This document shows positions 1 through 10,856 of a stretch of DNA of 64,000 bases, piece after piece. The position numbers and the translations under genes were made by a program. The notes beneath the pieces were generated by a model. That model was not told the DNA's origin. It worked only from the letters and a program-made list of their open reading frames with translations, and did no database searches. The stretch spans positions 343,418,001-343,482,000 of the forward strand of contig OZ024740.1 of NCBI GenBank assembly GCA_964016885.1, in the 5' to 3' direction. The DNA comes from Eledone cirrhosa (Eukaryota). Each line of letters opens with the position of its first letter. The first letter of the stretch is position 1.

Positions 1-2540
1 CAGAAACTTATCTGAGATTTTATCGTTTATATCGATTTTAATCAATCAGAGATGGTTCAGGTATGAAAAACCTTTTTGTATCTATCGTTATTTTGTTGTA
101 TGTATAATTTGTGCCTTTGGTCGGATCTCTTGGTGTCACATTTTATAACTATGGTGTTTAACGCTGGATTTAATGTTTGTTTTTAACTTTCGATCCGTAG
201 CTCTGTGAATGCCTCAAAACAAATCGAATAATGCAGCTAAAGCTCGATTTACAAATATTATATATTATAACATTACTGGATGTGAAATATCTGAAAAGAA
301 GACGGAATTATCATGACTAGAATAGCAGTAGAGAGATTGTCAAAGCAGTAATATTTCTCATATGTGAGAACAATGTCCATTGAATTTCAGTGCTTAAAAA
401 ACTTTGAATAAACCGGGCTCTAAACATGTATAAAAGAAGATTTCTTGTAATGTCTACAAAATACTCACACAAACATCACCAAATAACAAGAGTTACAAAT
501 ATCCCAGAATCATACATGTCTTCAGAGGAATATTAATAACATTGACAGCAACACTAGCGAATATAGTTGTTATGTCCTTGCAAACATCACTGGTTCACAG
601 ATATTTAGAAATAAATGCTTCACTAACAAAAATAAACTTTGTAACAGTGACACCAAATTTCTAATCATTCTGCAATACAGCATTAATGAAATCAAAAATA
701 CATTTATGAAGCTTATCAATGTTATTATCACACACGACATGTGTTGGAAGAAGTACTAATATGTATAGAATGCCATTATATTCTAAAACAATTGTTCTAC
801 GTTTTTACATTTCCAATACAAGCTATTTTCATATAACATGATCTGTTGTATATATATATATAACATGTATAAGTATAGATAAATCTAAAAACGTATCACA
901 CACGGCAACATAAGACTAAAACTCCATTTACACACGAGAAGTACTCAATCTCGTAAAAACCGGTGACAACCTCAAACGCAGTACAGTAAAACCATTGGCA
1001 GGAGAAATATACTTGGTAGCAAACAACTAAATAAAGAAAAACAGAAAACATAAAAAGGCTAGCATTTGTATCCAACATAAAAACAAAATGGTAAAACTCT
1101 ATATTGAATAATTATCAGTATCAATAGAAACAATGGTTACACCATATTCTATGTCACAATAACAACCTGGAATAATATGCTCATACTGCAACACAACGAA
1201 AAACCTTTTATTTTCACTATAAAATAGTTGAAAATAAATCGCCGATATACTACTTCAGACGGAAAAAGAACCTCGCATCTAATGTAAGCTGTTTGCTCAT
1301 CAGAAAGTTTCTGATCGGTAAAAAGCAAAAGAGACATCTAAAAATTCAAAAGTTTCAGGGTCAGACAACATTACAGACCTATCAATATCTAGGACCTAAA
1401 GGAACACTACACACACTTGCGTCTACAACTACTCGCATGAACACCGTCGCATTCCTAGAATCTAGAAGCTGATAAAAATTATAACAATTCAAAATCCCAA
1501 GCGAAGTAGCATCTAACAGACTCATCACTTTCCTATGAACACTTTCATAATGCATAGAAAACTAACACTCTACAACTAATCAGCATCTGGCTCTCTCTAA
1601 ATCACTACACGAATTCAGATCACAACACTCAGCCAATTTATTACACACAAACCAAACAGAAAATACATGATGGGTTCAACATCAAAAATCCTTTTACACG
1701 AAGCATTCTAATTACTATTGATATCAGCCATTATTTTCCACTGTTCACGTATACAATTAATACTCAACTCCACCATAAGAAACAATACAAAACGCTGGCC
1801 ATCAGTCTGATAAGCCTATGTAGTATGCAAGTAGAAAACTTCCAATATATGCAATCTCCAGAATGGATTACTTTAAGAATCTCTCATTGACTCTTTTAAC
1901 TTATAACTGCACACATTTCCAAAAACATTCTCGCTTTGATTATATTACAGCTACAATTATACTCAACATAACTCCTGTTAGTCTTCAGTCAAGGACCTGT
2001 TTTTACTATATCTGTTGATTTAAACAGAGAAATATAAACATAATATTATTAGAGAATGAACTCTATAGATAATGAACACAACCACAAGGATATGATGGTA
2101 TAGGATATAATGTGGCAACGGCAAATGAATGCTACAAGAATCAGTCAGTTGAACTCCAACTGTCTTCGCCTCCATCTCTCTGGCCTTTGCACCAAGCATC
2201 GGTATAATCGAAGGACAACCCATCACCACAGCGAAATTTCTATCAATATAGCGTTTCATCCTAACTTGTGTATCACATATCACATCTGCGTGGACACCAG
2301 AAGGTATGGTCAATATAAATGATGGAGAAGGGTGATGTCACCGTCGAATTGACGGACTGCCAGCTGTATATATATATATATATATATATTTAAAATAGAT
2401 GCGAGAAAAAACCACAAATCCTCCATCTCAATACTACTTTTGAAAAGCACAAGAACTGCGAAACCGGAAAAGGAACTAAATAAATATTCTTAAAAAGACT
2501 CCAGTTGCATTTTCGATTTCATCTTTTTTGCTTATATATA

Positions 2541-4413
2541 TAACTCACTCGATATGCAAATTAGGCTGCTCAGCCGTTAATATGCATAAGGAAGGTATAT
2601 ACTTTCAGACGTTCAATCATCTGACAGGAAGGTATACGATGCTGACGATAGCTAATAAGCTTGAAACTAGTACATAGTTCATGTGTCAGTGTTGAACAAA
2701 AAAGGCGACGATTGTTGTCTGAACACTGTATGGCGTAATTCGGGCTGTTTGTTTGTTTACAAACAAACAAACCAAACATTATAATAAATGTTCGGTAAAC
2801 CCATACGTACATATATATATATATATGTGTGCATGTATGTATATATATACATACTACTGTACGTCTGTATACATATATGTACGTACGTATACATATATGT
2901 ATGTACGTATACATATATGTATGTACCTTCCTGCCAGATGATTGAACGTCTGAAAGTATATACTTTCGTCATGCATATTAACGGCTGAGCAGCTTAATTT
3001 GCATATCAAGTGGGTTAATCGGCCGGGTGCACCGAAAATGATAAACCGAAAAAAGGAAACGAAATTTCATTTCTCACTCTTAGTACGGCTGTTACTTAAA
3101 TATAAGTATGTATACGTACATACATATATGTATACAGACGTACAGTAGTATGTATATATATACATGCATGCACACACATATATATATATGTACGTATGGA
3201 TTTACCGAACATTTATTATAATGCTCGGTCTGTTTGTAAACAAACATCCCGAATTAAGCCGTACAGTGTTTAGCAACCATCATTGCCCTTTTGTTCAACA
3301 CTGACAAAGGAACGATGTACTAGTTTCAAGCTTATTAGCTATCGTCAGCCCCCTATACCTTCCTGCCAGATGATTGAACGTCTGAAAGTATATACTTTCC
3401 TTATGCATATTAACGGCTGAGCAGCCTAATTTGCATATCGAATGAGTTAATCGGCCGGGCGCACCGTAAACGATAAACCGAAAAAAGGAAACGAAATTTC
3501 ATTTCTCACTCTTAGTACGGCTGTTACTTAAATATAAGTATGTATACGTACATACATATATGTATACAGACGTACAGTAGTATGTATATATATACATACA
3601 TGAACACATATATATGTGTACGTATGGATTTACCGAAGATTTATTATAATGCTCGGTGTGTTTGTAAACAAACATCCCGAATTAAGCCGTACAGTGTTTA
3701 GCAGCCATCGTGGCCCTTTTGGCAGGAAGGTATACGATGCTGACGATAGGTAATAAGCTTGAAACTAGTACATCGTTCCTTTGTCAGTGTTGAACAAAAT
3801 GGCAACGATGGTTGCTAAACACTGTACGGCTTAATTCGGGATGTTTGTTTACAAACACACCGAGCATTATAATAAATGTTCGGTAAATCCATACGTACAT
3901 ATATATATGTGTTCATGTATATATATATATTCATACTACTGTAAGTCTGTATACATATATGTATGTACGTATACATACTTATATTTAAGTAACAGCCGTA
4001 CTAAGAGTGGGAAATGAAATTTCGTTTCAATTTTTCCGTTTATCGTTTTCGGTGCGCCCGGCCGATTAACTCACTCGATATGCAAATTAGGCTGCTCAGC
4101 CGTTAATATGCATAAGGAAAGTATATACTTTCAGACGTTCAACCATCTGGCAGGAAGGTATACGTTGCTGACGATAGCTAATAAGCTTGAAACTAGTACA
4201 GCGTTCCTTTGTCAATGTTGAACAAATGAGCAACGATGGTTGCTAGACACTGTACGGCTTAATTCGGGATGTTTGTTTACAAACAGACCGAGCATTATAA
4301 TAAATGTTCGGTAAATCCATACGTACATATATATATGTGTGCATATATGTATATATATATACATACTACTGTACGTCTGTATACATATATGTATTTACGT
4401 ATACATACTTATA
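2541..4413. repeat. ~430-bp tandem repeat (about 4.4 units) in three blocks: forward 2541-2923, inverted 2924-3720, forward 3721-4413
   Basis: taccttcctgcc recurs at 2924 and 3356 (period 432); its reverse complement ggcaggaaggta recurs at 3721 and 4149 (period 428). Unit contains ATGCAAAT and a short TA/TG microsatellite. Confidence 0.9.
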
Positions 4414-4769
4414 TATAAAAAAAAAATATATATATATAGATACAGTGCCCCGCAAAAGTTTACAACACATTAGGAAAAATGCGGTTTTAGGTATTTTTAA
4501 TAAAGTTTGGGTAATGAAAATTTAACTACTGATAGAACATATAATGAGGCATTTAATGATACAATCATATTTTTTTAAAAATTAGAAGGAAATAACTAAT
4601 GAAGAAAAATCAATATTTTTATAACGCAAAAGTTTACAACACATTTTATATTTATCGCTTTTTTTTCAAGAAAATTCTTAAAATTTCAGATTTAAAATTC
4701 AGTAGAATGTTCTAGATTAGGTTTAAGGTAACTTCTAAGGACAATTAAAAACATACGTCATTATTTGTC

Positions 4770-4838
4770 TGACAACCATCCTGTAAACATTGACAACCGT
4801 TCTGTAAACATTGACAACCGTCCTGTAAACATTGACAA
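4770..4838 (+). repeat. 21-bp tandem repeat x3 directly before the transposase ATG
   Basis: tgacaaccrtyctgtaaacat at 4770, 4791, 4812 plus partial at 4833. Confidence 0.9.
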
Positions 4839-4839
4839 T

Positions 4840-5854
4840 ATGTGGAAAAATAAACTGATTGATCAAGACCTCCGTAAACGCATTGTAGACCTTCATACAA
4901 ACGGTGTTGGTTATAGAAAGATATCTTGTCAGTTAAATGTGCCATTGAGTTCAGTTGGTACTATAATTCGTCACTGGAAATCTCATCATTCCATCTGTCC
5001 TCTAATTAGTTCTGGTCGTCCTAGAAAGATAACGGAATGTGCAGCTCCGTTATTGATGAGAAAGGTTGGCAACGAACCCCGGTGTATTCTTAAAAATCTT
5101 CAGGATGACCTAGAAGGAAGTGGAGTAAAAGTGAGCACAGATACAATTAGTCGTTCACTTCGTCGATATGATATCTTCTCGAGATCTCCAAGGAAAACAC
5201 CACTTCTTACGAGGAAACAAGTTCTTCGTTGATTAAACTTTGTAAATGAGCATCTCATCAAACCTGCGTCATTTTGGGAAGATGTACTTTGGTCGGACGA
5301 AACAAAAATTGAACTTTTTGGTCGAAATGCTGTGGCAAAAGTCTGGAGAAAGAAAGGTACTGAATATTCACAGAAGAATACTATTCCAACTGTAAAATTT
5401 GGAGGTGGATCAATCATGGTCTGGGGTTGCTTTAGTGCCACAGGTGTAGGAAATATTGAAATAATAGAAGGAAGATGGATGGCGCTTAATATAGAGGTAT
5501 TTTGCAAAGGAATTTACATCAAAGTGCACATTCTCTCAGCTTAAAGCCAGGTTGGTTTTTTCAACAAGATAATGATCCAGAGCATACTGCAAAGCTAACA
5601 CAATCTTGGTTAAGTACGAATGGAATAAATGTTCTAAAATGGCCAAGTCAGTGTCCATATCTTAACCCGATCGAAAATTTGTGCAGAGAACTGAAATTCA
5701 GAAATCAAAAAAGGAAACCCCAAAATATCCCTGAACTAAAGAAAATTTGTTGTGAAGAATAGAAAAATATGAAACATGCAAGAAGTTTGTAGGAGGCTAC
5801 TCCAAACGCCCACAGGCTGTAATTAGCAACAAAGGTTACACTACGAAATATTAA
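4840..5854 (+). pseudogene. Tc1 DD34E transposase with stops and frameshifts
   Basis: HTH region (GYRKISCQLNVPLSSVGTII, GRPRK), [33 protein letters not shown] followed by E after 34 residues in LNPIE, C-terminus NKGYTTKY*; split over ORFs 4765..5232, 5332..5544, 5502..5762. Confidence 0.93.
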
Positions 5855-6077
5855 GAGATGATTTAATAAATGTGTTGTAAACTTTTGCGTTATAAAAATA
5901 TTGATTTTTCTTCATGAGTTATTTCCTTGTTATCTTTTTAAAAATATGATTGTATCATTAAATGCCTCATTATATGTTCTATCAGTAGTTAAATTTTCAT
6001 TACCCTAACTTTATTAAAAATACCTGAAACCGCATTTTTCCTAATGTGTTGTAAACTTTTGCGGGCCACCGTATAAA

Positions 6078-6309
6078 CGGTAAAGACCTCCTTTCGGTCA
6101 CGAATGATCATGTGATTTGTACCTAGAATGTTCCCCTCCGAGGCACAAGTCCGGGAAAGTTGTTTGTAGAGGACCAGCAGTTGCCCATGCAAAGCAGTCT
6201 CCCCTCCCTATTCCACCGATATTGTCCAAGGCCGATACAGCTTGGCACCAGCCACGTCGCAACTCATTTCTACAGCTGAGTGAACTGGAGCAACGTGAAA
6301 TAAAGTGTT
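6078..6309 (-). mobile_element. SINE body and tail, same family as 56399-56620
   Basis: Reverse complement contains acactttatttcacgttgctcc and gagttgcgac, shared with the tRNA-headed copy at 56399. Confidence 0.7.
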
Positions 6310-6454
6310 AAGAAAATGTATACACACATCAACAGCATTCTAACAGATAAATCATAGTGTGTATATATTTTTGGGGGACACTCATTATATATAGCAAAAG
6401 TGAATTAAATTATTATCTTTCACCGTATTTTTGACTACAGAGTAGTCTAATAAT

Positions 6455-6643
6455 TGTTTCTACTTTTGGCACAAGGCCAGCAATTATCCCAGTACATTAT
6501 TGGTACTTTATTTTATCGACCCCGTAAGGATGAAAGGCAATGTTAACCTCGGCGGGATTTGAACTCAGATCATAAAGGGAGGTAACTCTATGCTTCAAAG
6601 CATGGCGCCCGACGCTCTACCGATACTGTCAATACACCGTCCT
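6455..6643 (-). mobile_element. tRNA-derived SINE (family A) with 14-bp target-site duplication
   Basis: Minus strand has B box gagttcaaatcc and body gcctttcatccttacggggtcgataaaataaagtacc; agtagtctaataat at 6441-6454 and 6644-6657. Confidence 0.9.
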
Positions 6644-6920
6644 AGTAGTCTAATAATAACAAGGCGTATAAGCCCTCCAACACGGAGAAAAGTGCATCAA
6701 TATGAATGGTAATCGAACTTACACTTTTTAAAGGTACATATGCTAGCGGATTACTCCAACATGCCCACCTGTTTTCTCCATTTAATTTACAAGCTATAAT
6801 TTGTTAGCGATATGTATAGATATATAAACATCAAGGGGTTAGAAGAGGGCGGTGGAATGAGGTGAAAATTCAATTTAATTAGTAGCTTTCGCCGTATTTT
6901 TTTTACCACAGAAAATAATA

Positions 6921-7324
6921 ATAGTTTCTTATATAGGCGCAAGACCAGCAATTTTGGGGGAGGGGAAAGTCGATTAAATCGACCCCAGTGCGTGACTGGT
7001 ACTTTATTTTAACCCCGTCGACTACGTAAGGATGAAAGGTAAAGTTAACCTCGGCGGGATTTGAACTCTATGCAGCAAAGCATGGTGTCCGACTCTCTAC
7101 CGATACTGCCAATCCACCGCCCTATTACAGGAAATAATTGTTTCTACTTTAGGCACAAGGCCAGCAATTATCCAGTGCATCACTGGTACTTTATTTTATC
7201 GACCCCGTAAGGATGAAAGGCAAAGTCAACCCCGGCGGGATTTGAACTCAGATCGTAAAGGGACGTAACTATGCTGGAAAGCATGGCGTCCCACCCTCTA
7301 CCGATACTGGCAATCCACCGCCCT
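6921..7324 (-). mobile_element. Two adjacent family A SINE copies (about 6921-7123 and 7139-7324)
   Basis: Same B box and body; second copy flanked by attacaggaaataat at 7124-7138 and 7325-7339. Confidence 0.88.
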
Positions 7325-7499
7325 ATTACAGGAAATAATAATAAGACATATAAGTTCCCTCGAAACAGAAAACTTTGAGTATCAGCATGCAAATTCCACC
7401 GTCGTTTTCTAATCACTTGATGTTTACACACACACACACACACACACGCACACATTTACACACACACACATACATATATGAGGTCTTGGATTTTTAGCT

Positions 7500-8410
7500 T
7501 CAATTCTTTCATTGAACTATTAGAGATCGGCATGATCGTTATATTATATATCGATCTCTCTTGTTAGCTGATTCTTCTTCCGTTATAAGCTATTTTTTTC
7601 TTCAAATCAATCGAAGAGTGAGCACGTGGAAATTAAAATAAGTAGATTTCTTTATTTATTTTAACAAATCTTTATTCTATTCTTTGTTTGATAATTAATT
7701 GTTTAAGAGAATTTTATTTTATTTTAATTCTTTAAATAATGTTTTGTTTCGTGTATACATTTCTTTTATATCTATTTAGATTCTTTGTTTAAGGGTTTAG
7801 CATTAAATTTAATGTTTATTTCGTTTATACAAGTCTATTTAATTATTTAGTCAGCCATTTGGATTATTTAATGATTTATCTAGTTTAACTTCAATAATTT
7901 TTAGCTTCGAGACTTTTCATTGTTGGTCAAGTATAGGAGATTCTAGTTTCCTTTTTTATTTCTTTTCACACTTTTTCTGGATATAGCTTGTGGTTGGGAA
8001 ATAGGGATAATGTCTAAAATAGGGATTAGGTGGGGCGGGGGGTATGGTTCTAATATAGACATTTAGTTCAAGATTGGCTTTGTTTTAATGAGTGTATTAG
8101 TTACGGGCTTCGAATTCGATGGTCTTATCCACAAGATGTTTTAATGAGTGTATTATTTACGAGTTTCGAATTCGATAGTCTTATCCACTAGATTTTTTAA
8201 TGAGTGTATTAGTTACGAGCTTCGAACTCAATGGTCTTATACACAAGATGTTTTAATGAGTGTATTAGTTACGAGTTTAGAATTCGATGGTCTTATCCAC
8301 TAGATGTTTCGTTTATCGATGTCTTTATTTTGGAGTGTATCATCTACATATAGGGACATTTAATAATTACTTTGCATTTGTTCTAGTTATACCAACATGA
8401 CGGTCTTTCT
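7500..8410 (-). pseudogene. Possible heavily decayed Penelope-like reverse transcriptase remnant
   Basis: Only LYVDDTL is readable on the minus strand near 8333-8353, in A-rich (minus) sequence; no ORF survives. Confidence 0.3.
8083..8306. repeat. 56-bp minisatellite x4
   Basis: ttttaatgagtgtatt starts at 8083, 8139, 8195, 8251. Confidence 0.92.
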
Positions 8411-8609
8411 TGCTTATTTACACGCATACACACAGATGCACACACACAAATATTGCACTGCCTGCAATATTTATATATATTTGTATATGATGTAGAGAAA
8501 AAATATTTAACAATAAAAGTAAGATATTTTTTTTTCCACGTTTTATTCAGAACTTGTTAGTGTTTTCAGGATTTGTTATAATTTTCAGTGAATTCTCTCC
8601 TATTTACAC

Positions 8610-8833
<224 letters not shown>

Positions 8834-9044
8834 CTGGGATGGACACACGCGTATAACTTGCTGAGTAAGTTCTGTTTAAATTTCTATAGAAATTCTTGTC
8901 TGATAACTTTAATTTTTGTACCATTTTGTAGAGGGACTGCCAGGTCAAACTTTGATCTGGTCAGTCTCTCAAAATATTCTACGCCTTTAGGCGAAATAGT
9001 TAAAAAAACAGTTTTTTCTTGTTGAAAAGTCAATATTTTTTTAA

Positions 9045-10832
9045 ATGGCCGAAGCTTCTTCACCAAAATTCGAAGGAGGAAAGGGGAAGATGAACTTACA
9101 GCTTCCCCCTGCCACTGTCACAGTAGCAGAGGTCAAGAAGATAGGTCAGCCAGAGGAAGAATTCTCTCCACCTGTTAACCGACAACTTGACGTTGCCATG
9201 GCAACAACCCAAAGAACCAGCAGCAACAGCAACAACAACAACAATGCGACGGACGAAAACAACACCAATAACAATAACAATAACAACAACAAGACCAATA
9301 ACGGTGACAACAACAACAATGATAACAACAACACCACCAACGACAACAACAACACAAACAAACAAAATTTCTCCTTCGCCGAGACGACAAGGAAAACCCT
9401 CGACTATCTGCCAGTAGATATAACAAAAGCGAAGGAGCTACTGGCGGATGCGAAAAAATATATAGTGTACGGGGAAAATGGTTCATTCACAATCCATTCC
9501 CCCCCGGAACTAAAAAGCCAGAGACTCCTAAACACGGTCATGTTTAGGACAATCTCGAACAAAAGTAAAAAACCAGCTCAACCATCACAGAGCGAGATAG
9601 AGCTGGTTTTAAAAGACGTCATGAAGGACATCACCTTCATTCAGAAGGATAGACTCTACGGGAGTCTATCCATTCTCATGAAGGACAGGGACACAGCAGT
9701 GAAACTGTCCATCAAACCAATCACATCCACCGCATACACCTTCTACCCTACGTACATGGGTAGAAGAACACAAAAAATAAAAATCCACACCATCCTGCCG
9801 ATTATGGACATATGGTGGGTTTTGACAGGTTTTCTGGACCTGGAGGATGACATGCTGGTGTCCATGGGAAAGGCATCGGGTGACGCGTTCAGTGGAACGA
9901 GCCTCGAACTTGTAGTTCAAATGAGGCCCGAAAGGATCGCCCAGATCCCTGAACGCGTCATACTGGATGATCTAACCTTCATCAACATTACCGTTGAGGG
10001 TAGACGGCCCTCGTGTTACCTCTGCGGAACCAGAGGTCACCTGAGGGCTGTCTGTCCCCAACTTAATAAGAAAACCCCAATCCTGCCTACACCACCAACA
10101 ACTGCACAACCAACACAATCACCACAACTACCACTACAAAAACAACCACCACAGCTCAAACCAAAACAAAACAATGTCCAACCCATCCCCTCTACTCAAA
10201 AAACAAAAACAATTTCCAAAACACCCGTACCGCAAACACAACCCGAAAATATACCCCTCCCCTCCAACGCGGAAGATGACCCTAGTTCGTCGTCAGACGA
10301 GGAGGAGCACTTCCACACAATCAAAAGAAAAAAAAGAAAACACACCTCAGACACACAAATGAAAAAAACCCCTCCCCAAAACATAACACTGACACCAACA
10401 CAAAAGAGCTCACAACAGCAAACAAAAAACACCACACAAAAACAAAAACATGCATACACATACATAAATACAAGAAACAAAAAACTGTTAAACATTGTGT
10501 ACAACAACAATCTAATAAAAACACAAGGGCCTAACTTCACCCAGGCAGGGGATTTCCCCCACCTCAAAATGATTAAGGCCCCACAGGACACCTATAAAAC
10601 TTTAAAAAACAATTTTAAAGAGGACGTGGGTCCCCCCTGCGTCGGACCCATTAACCGCGTCCTCCTAAAAAACTATCCCACCCCCTCCCCAAACACCCTC
10701 ACAACTCCAAGCTCCCCAACCACACAACACACTGATGCCCCCACACTTCCACAAACCACCACCCCACCCAACAACCCATCCCCCACCCTAATGGAAATTG
10801 TGCAGCCCGATACCCGGGACGCAGAGAGGTAA
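9045..10832 (+). CDS. ORF1 protein, 595 aa: Asn-rich N-terminus, conserved core, CCHC zinc knuckle, Pro/Thr/Gln linker, acidic-basic patch, conserved C-terminal block
   Basis: Open frame; CYLCGTRGHLRAVC is CX2CX4HX4C; homologous blocks in copies 2 and 3. Confidence 0.92.
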   Translation: MAEASSPKFEGGKGKMNLQLPPATVTVAEVKKIGQPEEEFSPPVNRQLDVAMATTQRTSSNSNNNNNATDENNTNNNNNNNNKTNNGDNNNNDNNNTTNDNNNTNKQNFSFAETTRKTLDYLPVDITKAKELLADAKKYIVYGENGSFTIHSPPELKSQRLLNTVMFRTISNKSKKPAQPSQSEIELVLKDVMKDITFIQKDRLYGSLSILMKDRDTAVKLSIKPITSTAYTFYPTYMGRRTQKIKIHTILPIMDIWWVLTGFLDLEDDMLVSMGKASGDAFSGTSLELVVQMRPERIAQIPERVILDDLTFINITVEGRRPSCYLCGTRGHLRAVCPQLNKKTPILPTPPTTAQPTQSPQLPLQKQPPQLKPKQNNVQPIPSTQKTKTISKTPVPQTQPENIPLPSNAEDDPSSSSDEEEHFHTIKRKKRKHTSDTQMKKTPPQNITLTPTQKSSQQQTKNTTQKQKHAYTYINTRNKKLLNIVYNNNLIKTQGPNFTQAGDFPHLKMIKAPQDTYKTLKNNFKEDVGPPCVGPINRVLLKNYPTPSPNTLTTPSSPTTQHTDAPTLPQTTTPPNNPSPTLMEIVQPDTRDAER

Positions 10833-10856
10833 GTGCCTTTTCTCTTCACCACCAAC

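Larger units (their letters stand above)
4443..6071 (+). mobile_element. Tc1-family DNA transposon of IR/DR type, complete but decayed
   Basis: TA at 4441-4442 and 6072-6073; ~200-bp terminal inverted repeats (4443-4645, 5869-6071) starting CAGTG, each holding two copies of cgcaaaagtttacaacacatt; transposase remnant inside. Confidence 0.95.

Noticed and set aside
480-2340. A/C-skewed sequence that may be a decayed retroelement
   Set aside because: No motif could be read with confidence.
8083-8306. CRISPR-like regular repeat
   Set aside because: Units are contiguous with no unique spacers, no cas genes, eukaryotic context.
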